This document shows positions 57,100 to 64,000 of a stretch of 64,000 nucleotides of DNA, in pieces. A model generated the notes under the pieces. That model ran no database searches, was not told the origin of the DNA, and saw only the letters and a list, made by a program, of their open reading frames with translations. Made by a program: the position numbers and the translations under genes. The stretch's first letter is position 1, and every line of letters begins with the position of its first letter. Source of the DNA: a virus; the IMG/VR virus record IMGVR_UViG_3300018414_000007, positions 1 to 64,000 of that record; one strand, given 5' to 3'.

Positions 57100-57721
57100 T
57101 GTTAACAAGGAGTCAATTGAAGAAAAGACAGTTAAGGACAAAGAGTATCAGTTACTTAAGAGGACTGAAATCCCCTTTAGTGAATATGTCCAAGTCTCAA
57201 AGAAAAGAAGACCAGTACCATATATAAAAGGAAGATGTAGACTTCCTAAAAGATATCAGGATAAAACTTTGTATGATTTTAATGCAAAAGGTTATCTTGC
57301 AGTTATAGCTACAGGAGAAGTATTAGTATCTAATACAAAGACTGTAGGAACTCCTAGAATAAAGAAAGTAAATGGTCAAAACATATATAATGGTAATGTT
57401 AGTAGACAAGCAAGAGCGAGTCTAGTAAAAGGATTACATGAACAATTTGGTAGATATATCAAAGATATAGAACCAATTCAAGATATTAAGCATTTTCCTT
57501 TAGGATTACATCTACATTTTAAAGTGCATGATAAAGGAAATCTTAATTTAGATAATGATAATAGGTGGATTTGGAGAAAGGCTATTCAAGATACAATGGT
57601 ACAAGAAGGTATAATTCCAGAAGATAATCCATATGTTATTTGGGAAAACTTAGAAAGAACAATACTAATATCTCCAGAAAAGGAGCCATCATTAGTAATA
57701 GAAATTTGGGGATATGCGTAA
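57086..57721 (+). CDS. RusA-like Holliday junction resolvase
   Basis: NGQNIYNG, LDNDN..W.K..QD, IPEDN. Confidence 0.65.
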   Translation: MIVSNVNKESIEEKTVKDKEYQLLKRTEIPFSEYVQVSKKRRPVPYIKGRCRLPKRYQDKTLYDFNAKGYLAVIATGEVLVSNTKTVGTPRIKKVNGQNIYNGNVSRQARASLVKGLHEQFGRYIKDIEPIQDIKHFPLGLHLHFKVHDKGNLNLDNDNRWIWRKAIQDTMVQEGIIPEDNPYVIWENLERTILISPEKEPSLVIEIWGYA

Positions 57722-58529
57722 TTTAGCAATATTAGATGCAGATTTTTTATTATTTAGTTGTACTGCTGGAAATAAAGTATTAGATTCTGAAGGTGATCCT
57801 ATAAGAGAAGATAATAAATTTGTATATACAGATAAAACCTTAGAAGAGGTTTTTAAGGCTGCTGACGTCACTATTAGTAATTTACTAGATAAGTGTTCAG
57901 CTGATTATTATTGTGGCTTCCTAGGGGCTTGTAAGAGCTTTAGAAAGGAAATCTATCCAGATTATAAAGCCAATAGAAAAGATTTTGAAAGACCAAGATT
58001 TTATAGAGAGTTAATAAACTATTTATATGATACTTGGAAATTTATAGGTACTACTGATGGTCTTGAAGCAGATGATGCTGTTAATATAGTTAAGAATAAT
58101 TTTAAAAATGACTATAACTGTATAATTGTATCATCTGATAAAGACTTGATTAAGTGCATTGAAGGAACTTATTTAAATCCAAGAGATTTAAGTATAGTTG
58201 AAACAGATAATACAGAAGCCAGAAGAAGTTTCTGGAAGAGTATGATAACAGGAGATCCTATTGATAATATCAAGGGTTTACCTGGAAAAGGTATTGTTTA
58301 TGCAAATAGTGTAATAGATTTTTGTGAAGAAAAGAAGGAGAATTATGCTATTGAAGTGCTAGATAGATACATTAGACAGTTTGGTGAGGAGGATGGAATA
58401 GAAGAATTTAGAAAAAACTATAAATGTTTGAAAATATTAGATAATTTTCGTAACTTTGTTTTGCCGACATTGCGAAGTTGGGAATTATCTTTTACTAAAT
58501 CTTCTAAATTAGATTTGGAAGGAGTTTAA
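57714..58529 (+). CDS. 5'-3' exonuclease (T7 gp6 / PIN-FEN-like)
   Basis: ILDAD, FRK..YPDYKANR, EADD, SSDKDL, GDPIDNIKGLPGKG. Confidence 0.9.
   Translation: MRNLAILDADFLLFSCTAGNKVLDSEGDPIREDNKFVYTDKTLEEVFKAADVTISNLLDKCSADYYCGFLGACKSFRKEIYPDYKANRKDFERPRFYRELINYLYDTWKFIGTTDGLEADDAVNIVKNNFKNDYNCIIVSSDKDLIKCIEGTYLNPRDLSIVETDNTEARRSFWKSMITGDPIDNIKGLPGKGIVYANSVIDFCEEKKENYAIEVLDRYIRQFGEEDGIEEFRKNYKCLKILDNFRNFVLPTLRSWELSFTKSSKLDLEGV
58427..58458 (+). promoter_or_regulatory. intragenic Bacteroidota-type promoter
   Basis: TTTG-N20-TAACTTTG. Confidence 0.6.
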
Positions 58530-59134
58530 TGAATAAAAACGAGGAGGCAGAAACATTTAATTTAAGGGACCAAATCAGTCCTAAAGAAGCATATGTTCCT
58601 AAAAAGAATAAATCATGTTTCTTTGTATTACCATTATTAGGATATCCTAGTTATTGGTATTATGGATTAATAAACTGTTACTTAAGAGATAATATAAATA
58701 AACCTGAACTTGGTTATAAGATTTTCTTAAATCTATCAAATTATGATAAAAAGGTATTAAATATACATGAGTTTAATCAATTCTATCAATTAGAAGATAA
58801 GACTTATATGTATGTATTTGATATACCTAAGAGATTTGAAGATGATTATTATAAATTTTGTGAAGGTAAATATTCTAAAATTTCACCTGAAGCTAAAACA
58901 TTAATTTGTAAGCTGAGTGGGATTAAACCAGTTACAGAAAGTGTTGTACACAAAGTATTGTACAAAACTTCAGATATGAAACAAAGAATAGAAGAATTAA
59001 TAGGTGAGATATTACCAATGGAAGCTGAAGTATATTCAGTACCCAATTTAGATAAAGAAACATATTCTATTTTTAAAATTAGAAATAGTAATATAGTTAA
59101 AGCAGTGGAGGATGAGGTAAGTGAAAGAGGATAA
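58529..59134 (+). CDS. conserved crAss-like hypothetical protein
   Basis: FVLPLLG, YMYVFDIP, GKYSKIS. Confidence 0.6.
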   Translation: MNKNEEAETFNLRDQISPKEAYVPKKNKSCFFVLPLLGYPSYWYYGLINCYLRDNINKPELGYKIFLNLSNYDKKVLNIHEFNQFYQLEDKTYMYVFDIPKRFEDDYYKFCEGKYSKISPEAKTLICKLSGIKPVTESVVHKVLYKTSDMKQRIEELIGEILPMEAEVYSVPNLDKETYSIFKIRNSNIVKAVEDEVSERG

Positions 59135-59453
59135 ATTCTTTAAATTTGTTGATTGGAGAGTAAAACAAATAGTTACTGTTCTAGCAAGTAAAGGAAAAGA
59201 ATATAGTACAGAAGATAATAAACTGCATAATTTTGATAAAGCTTCAATTAAATCTGGAAAGATTAGAGAAGAAGTAATTAAAGATTTTATGTTAAAACAT
59301 GAAATTAGTGTAGATGATATTATTGATAATATTAAGGAAGGTAAACTTCCAAGTAAAAGTTTAGTAGCTGAAAAAGTAGGAGATATAATTAACTATTATA
59401 TTCTACTAGAAGCTTCAATATATGATAGAATAGATAAGGAGGTGAATGGATAA
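59121..59453 (+). CDS. MazG-like / DUF1599 nucleotide-modification-associated domain protein
   Basis: KGKEYS...LHNF, KH, EKVGDIINYYILL. Confidence 0.65.
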   Translation: MKEDKFFKFVDWRVKQIVTVLASKGKEYSTEDNKLHNFDKASIKSGKIREEVIKDFMLKHEISVDDIIDNIKEGKLPSKSLVAEKVGDIINYYILLEASIYDRIDKEVNG

Positions 59454-60330
59454 GGAAAGAGTAAGAAAGTTTTTATTAGCTAATAGAGGATATTTAAAGA
59501 AAGGAGCTAATACTGTATCTATAAGAGTCTTTGGAGTAAATACTTCAGATAAAGTAGATTTAGTTAAATTAGTACAACAAGAAATTAGGAGAGGAACTAA
59601 AGTTAAAGTAGAAAAAGCCATAGAATTAGAGGAAAAACCTCAAAAAGCTTCTTTTAATATTAACAGTTATAAGAATCTTGATATTCTAGTTGTAGGAGAT
59701 TTACATGCACCTTTTGCTCTACCTGATTATATTGAATGGTGCTATCAACTTAGTAAAGAGTATAAAACAAATAAAACTATCTTTATAGGTGATGTAATAG
59801 ATTCACATAGTTGGAGCTATCATGAACATGATGTAGATGGTTTAAGTGTAGGACATGAATTAGATGCTGGTATTAGACAACTAAGAGTAGCATATAAAAT
59901 GTTTCCTGAAGTTGATATAACTCTTGGAAATCATGATTTACTTATTGCTAGGAAAGCTAAAACAGCTGGATTATCAAGAAGGTTTATTAGAGATTTAGGA
60001 GAAGTATTAGAAGCACCTAAAACATGGAATTTTGTACATGAAGTTAAATATCATGATGTTAATTATATTCATGGTACAACTGGTAATGCTTTTACAAGAG
60101 CTAAGGATAGTAGAACAAGTACAGTGCAAGGTCATTTACATAGCCAAGCATTTGTACAATATAGTGTTTCTGAAAAAGATGCAATTTTTGGATTGCAAAT
60201 AGGATGTGGTGTAGATCATCATAAATATGCATTTGAATATGCTAAACCTATGACTAAGAAACCAATAATTAGTGCAGGAGTTGTTCTTGAAAATGGAACA
60301 CTTCCTATTTTAAGATTAATGAAATTATAA
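59446..60330 (+). CDS. calcineurin-like metallophosphoesterase
   Basis: GDLH, GDVID, GNHD, IHG, GHLH. Confidence 0.85.
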   Translation: MDKERVRKFLLANRGYLKKGANTVSIRVFGVNTSDKVDLVKLVQQEIRRGTKVKVEKAIELEEKPQKASFNINSYKNLDILVVGDLHAPFALPDYIEWCYQLSKEYKTNKTIFIGDVIDSHSWSYHEHDVDGLSVGHELDAGIRQLRVAYKMFPEVDITLGNHDLLIARKAKTAGLSRRFIRDLGEVLEAPKTWNFVHEVKYHDVNYIHGTTGNAFTRAKDSRTSTVQGHLHSQAFVQYSVSEKDAIFGLQIGCGVDHHKYAFEYAKPMTKKPIISAGVVLENGTLPILRLMKL

Positions 60331-60332
60331 AT

Positions 60333-60518
60333 TTGAAAAAGAGTACAACAGGATATAAAGGGGTTTCCCAACAAACAGGAAAAAAGAAGAGATATGAGGC
60401 GTATTTTACAACTCATAATAATGATAAGACTAAGACAATCAAATATTATATTGGATTGTTTGATACACCACAATTAGCTCATATAGCTAGAATAAATTAT
60501 ATAGATAGTCTTAAATAA
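60333..60518 (+). CDS. AP2-like DNA-binding domain peptide
   Basis: STTGYKGV..Y.A..YIGLFDTP..A..AR. Confidence 0.6.
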   Translation: MKKSTTGYKGVSQQTGKKKRYEAYFTTHNNDKTKTIKYYIGLFDTPQLAHIARINYIDSLK

Positions 60519-60529
60519 ATATAAACATA

Positions 60530-60556
60530 CAGGGAGGTCAAAAGCCTCCCTTTTTA
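60530..60556 (+). terminator. intrinsic terminator
   Basis: AGGGAGG-TCAAAAG-CCTCCCT-TTTT. Confidence 0.85.
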
Positions 60557-60566
60557 ATTTAATAAG

Positions 60567-60779
60567 ATGTTAGAAATTGAATCATTATCTTCTATAGCAG
60601 AAACAAAAGTAGAAAACATTGAGAAGGAGTTATCTTCAAGACAAAAAACAATTTTAAAAAATAGAATTGAAAAGAACTCTAAAATTACTTTAAAAAGAGC
60701 AGTTAAACAACTAGGTAAAAGAAGAGTTAATAAAATTATAAAAGCAGTTAGAACTGTTATAAATAATAAAAATATATGA
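60567..60779 (+). CDS. basic hypothetical protein
   Basis: ORF track. Confidence 0.5.
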   Translation: MLEIESLSSIAETKVENIEKELSSRQKTILKNRIEKNSKITLKRAVKQLGKRRVNKIIKAVRTVINNKNI

Positions 60780-61573
60780 TAGACACAGCAGAACTAGATG
60801 AACTAGTTATGAACAAAATATTAGGTAAGCCTAATAAAGTAATTATTCCTAAAGATGTAAAGGTTATAGATTCTTTTAGAAGAAAGGGATTAAATGAAGG
60901 AAGAGATCATGGCTTAGGTTATTCTATATTACATAAAGAGTCAGATACTGAATTTAAAGCGTTAATGGCATTTACAGCCTGTAAAGATTACTTAAATGAT
61001 TTTGTATATGTAGAAACAACTGGTAAATCTCTTAGTAGTATTTATGGATTTAAACATAATTATACTGGATTATTAAAAGGTAAAGAACATTTCTATCTTG
61101 GTTTAAGACCTTTAAACTATTTACACGGTTCTAAGTATTCTGGTTTTGAAGCAGTTAGTAATTCATTAAAAGATAATAATTCTAATATTATTAAGTATTT
61201 AAATAATCTTGAAGATAAATTTAAAGTTAATGGAAGAACAACATTTGAAACTTATACAGATGACATATTAATTCTGAAAGTTCCAATGTTTTGGATAAAA
61301 TTTCCTTTTATGTTTAGTTTATATGGATTATTAGTAAGATGCTTTTTAAATATAACTAAAGAAGAATTAGAAAAAGATCCAATTACAACTATTAATGACA
61401 AGAAGTCAACTGTAATAGTTGGAGATAACTCTTTATTAAGTTCTTTAAAAAACTATTTAGACTCTTTAAATCCTGATAAATTATTAGATTATCAATATCC
61501 AACAGATCCAAATAGTAGTTATATACATAATTTTGGGATTATTGGAAGATTAAATACAATAAAGAAAAAATGA
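60776..61573 (+). CDS. hypothetical protein (F..CKDYLND motif)
   Basis: ORF track; FTACKDYLNDFV, SLYGLLVR, IHNFGI. Confidence 0.6.
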   Translation: MIDTAELDELVMNKILGKPNKVIIPKDVKVIDSFRRKGLNEGRDHGLGYSILHKESDTEFKALMAFTACKDYLNDFVYVETTGKSLSSIYGFKHNYTGLLKGKEHFYLGLRPLNYLHGSKYSGFEAVSNSLKDNNSNIIKYLNNLEDKFKVNGRTTFETYTDDILILKVPMFWIKFPFMFSLYGLLVRCFLNITKEELEKDPITTINDKKSTVIVGDNSLLSSLKNYLDSLNPDKLLDYQYPTDPNSSYIHNFGIIGRLNTIKKK

Positions 61574-61680
61574 AATACATATTAAGAAAAATGTACTGGG
61601 CTTTTACAGAAGGATTAGCTGCAGGAATAGGATTTATTATTGGTCTTTGGATTACAATGAAAATATTTACACTTATTTAA

Positions 61681-61863
61681 ATGTCAGAAAAGATTAAAAC
61701 ATTGATAGATTTCCAAGCAGCATCATTTGATAGAACAGCTTACATAGAAATAATAGGAGATGAAGTAGTTTATGATGTATCAGATGGAGAATATGGTCCT
61801 TGTTATTTTTCATTGAAAGAATTAGAAGAAAAAATTAAAGAACATAAGGAGAAATTAAAGTAA
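61681..61863 (+). CDS. hypothetical protein
   Basis: ORF track. Confidence 0.5.
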   Translation: MSEKIKTLIDFQAASFDRTAYIEIIGDEVVYDVSDGEYGPCYFSLKELEEKIKEHKEKLK

Positions 61864-62390
61864 TGAGTACATTTTTTATAGGATGTCTCCATTTTGGTCA
61901 TGAATGGATGGCTAAGCATAGAGGTTTTACATCCTCTAAAGAACATGACGAAAATATTATTAATAATTGGAACAAAACTATTAGTAAAAATGATATAACT
62001 TTTATACTTGGAGATATTACCATGGAAACTACTGAGTTTTATCCATATTTAGATGAACTTAAAGGTAGAAAAATAGTAGTTCTTGGAAATCATGACAATT
62101 GGAAACACACTAGAGAATTATTGAAGTATGTAGAAAGCGTAGCAGGAATGATAGATTATAAGGGTTATGTATTAACTCATTGCCCTATTCATCCAGTAGA
62201 AATAAGTTTTTGTAGAGGTAATATTCATGCTCATATACATGAAAATAAACTTTTAGAAGTAGAGTATTTATCTCGTTATGGAGATCCTGGATCAATAATT
62301 GAGCCTACATTATTTAAATATATTAATGTAGATGCTCAGCAAATAGGTTATACACCATTAGCATTAGAGGAGATAAGAAAAAATGAATAA
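61863..62390 (+). CDS. calcineurin-like phosphoesterase
   Basis: GCLHFGH, LGD, LGNHD, THCP, HAHIH. Confidence 0.85.
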   Translation: MSTFFIGCLHFGHEWMAKHRGFTSSKEHDENIINNWNKTISKNDITFILGDITMETTEFYPYLDELKGRKIVVLGNHDNWKHTRELLKYVESVAGMIDYKGYVLTHCPIHPVEISFCRGNIHAHIHENKLLEVEYLSRYGDPGSIIEPTLFKYINVDAQQIGYTPLALEEIRKNE

Positions 62391-63147
62391 AATATGGATA
62401 ATAGGTGATATTCACGGAGCATATAAAGCTTTATTGCAATGCATTGAAAGAAGTAAATTTGATAAAGAAAAAGATACTCTAATTCAATTGGGTGATATTG
62501 CTGATGGATGGGATCAAGTTTATGAATGTATTGAAGAACTTTTAACTATTAAAAACTTAATTTCTATTAAAGGTAATCATGACCAATGGTTTTTAGAATG
62601 GATAAATGAAAGTAGACATCCTACTCTTTGGACACAAGGAGGTTATGGTACTCTTGTTTCTTATTGTAAACACTTAGATAAAGAGTATCATCAAGGAATG
62701 TATTCATGTATTACTAGCCTTCTTCCAGAAGATCTTCCTATTACCCATATTAATTTTTTTAAGAATCAACTACATTATTATGTAGATAAGAAAAATAATT
62801 GTTTTGTACATGGAGGATTTGATAGAAATTATCTTATAGAAGATATAGATTATTTAGATCCTTCTAGTTTATGGTGGGATAGAGATTTATGGAATAAAGC
62901 ATTATCTCATCATAATTTTGATCAACCTAAACTTGTTACTAAAAATAATTTTAAAGAAATTTTTATAGGACATACTACTACAAGCACTTGGGATAAATCA
63001 TTTAAACCAATGAGTGCTGCAAATGTTTGGAATTTAGATCAAGGAGCAGGATGGGAAGGTAAATTAACTATTATGAATTTAGAAACAAAAGAATATTTTC
63101 AAAGTGATATAGTAAAAAAATTATATCCTAATCAAAAGGGAAGGTAA
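62383..63147 (+). CDS. Ser/Thr protein phosphatase-like metallophosphoesterase
   Basis: GDIHG, LGDIAD, KGNHD, VHGG, WDR, GHT, LDQGAG. Confidence 0.88.
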   Translation: MNKIWIIGDIHGAYKALLQCIERSKFDKEKDTLIQLGDIADGWDQVYECIEELLTIKNLISIKGNHDQWFLEWINESRHPTLWTQGGYGTLVSYCKHLDKEYHQGMYSCITSLLPEDLPITHINFFKNQLHYYVDKKNNCFVHGGFDRNYLIEDIDYLDPSSLWWDRDLWNKALSHHNFDQPKLVTKNNFKEIFIGHTTTSTWDKSFKPMSAANVWNLDQGAGWEGKLTIMNLETKEYFQSDIVKKLYPNQKGR

Positions 63148-63322
63148 AATTGAAAAAATTATATAATTACGTATTTCATTACAATCCACTTAGTAAGAAA
63201 TGGGCTGCTATCCCAAGAGATAAGTATGATGAGTATTGGAATGATTACACTAGTAGAGTCAAAAATGGAGTATTATATGCAGATAATTGCCAAACCCTAA
63301 TTGATTTTATTATCAATAAAAA

Positions 63323-63622
63323 ATGAGAGTAGAAGTAAGGAATCAAGGATTTGCAGTTCCATATCTTGAAAATGTACCCAAATGGATTCCTCAAGGAGAC
63401 TCTGTTGTATTAAGTAAAGAGTGGTTTAAATACCATAAAGATACAAAAAGTCTTTTAGCTCTAAAGAAAGATCAGACAGGATTACCTCCTGGAATTCATG
63501 AAGCTAGATTAGTATTTCAAAAATATGATGTTAATCTAAGACAATGGGTAGAAATAGAAAGTCCTAGAGAAGTTAATGATCAAAGGGATTTTTGGAGACT
63601 AATCTTTATAGAAAAAGAATGA
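63323..63622 (+). CDS. hypothetical protein
   Basis: ORF track. Confidence 0.5.
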   Translation: MRVEVRNQGFAVPYLENVPKWIPQGDSVVLSKEWFKYHKDTKSLLALKKDQTGLPPGIHEARLVFQKYDVNLRQWVEIESPREVNDQRDFWRLIFIEKE

Positions 63623-64000
63623 TTCTATTTGTATTAATTTGGACTTGTATCCTTGAAATTTTATGGTTAAGTACTAGCTGGAGTAATAAATATTCCAGCT
63701 AGTTTAAAAATTAAATATGGGTTATAGATTAGCTAATATAGACAAAGTATTGCTTATAAATTTTGTAAAACATATTGATGGTAACTTAGTTTATAATACA
63801 ATTAATAACATAACTACTGTTAAACTAAAATTTAATAAAAAGTCTTTTGAATTAAATTGTAAGTTTTATAATTTAGATAAGATACAAAGTATAAATATGT
63901 GTGATGCATTTAATTATACAACAGGCTTATTTGGACATAAGAATTATCAATTCAATAGGGACACTTTAAATAGTATTATAAAAACTTATAATGATGCAAT

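Noticed and set aside
4338-60473. Antisense or overlapping track ORFs (e.g. 4338-4637, 15271-15684, 17393-17641, 47309-47845, 54208-54450)
   Set aside because: Shadows of well-supported genes on the opposite strand or in another frame, with no motifs or initiation signals
1-64000. Stop-codon reassignment (TAG or TGA), known in some Crassvirales
   Set aside because: Long genes are intact in the standard code, TAG and TGA end genes at sensible boundaries, and no suppressor tRNA is present (the 31944 tRNA loop TTTCTAA reads UCU, not CUA)

Overview
64 kb of an AT-rich crAss-like (Crassvirales-type) phage genome infecting a Bacteroidota host, read in the standard genetic code. Bases 1-26.0 kb are on the minus strand and hold the virion, packaging and lysis module: ring proteins, beta-helix spike, 1755-aa fibre, major capsid protein, scaffold, portal, TerL, GH25 endolysin and a non-specific nuclease. 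The module is driven by host-type TTTG-N19/20-TAnnTTTG promoters. After a strand switch at about 26.0-26.1 kb, the plus strand carries: (a) an early-type region (26.1-31.1 kb) where small ORFs alternate with about 12 stem-closed, apparently structured RNA elements, one of them a tRNA-like cloverleaf; (b) a family A DNA polymerase whose proofreading motif requires a non-canonical ATA/ATT start behind a hairpin-sequestered Shine-Dalgarno; (c) a seven-enzyme amide/peptide-ligase cluster (ATP-grasp, GATase-I, GGCT, COOH-NH2 ligase, amidoligase, two GATase-II) interrupted by an HNH cassette; (d) class II RNR, dUTPase, helicase, SSAP, primase, resolvase, 5'-3' exonuclease and three metallophosphoesterases. 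Two tRNAs are present (Arg-UCU and a degenerate CAU tRNA). All assignments come from motif recognition by eye; no searches or folding programs were run.
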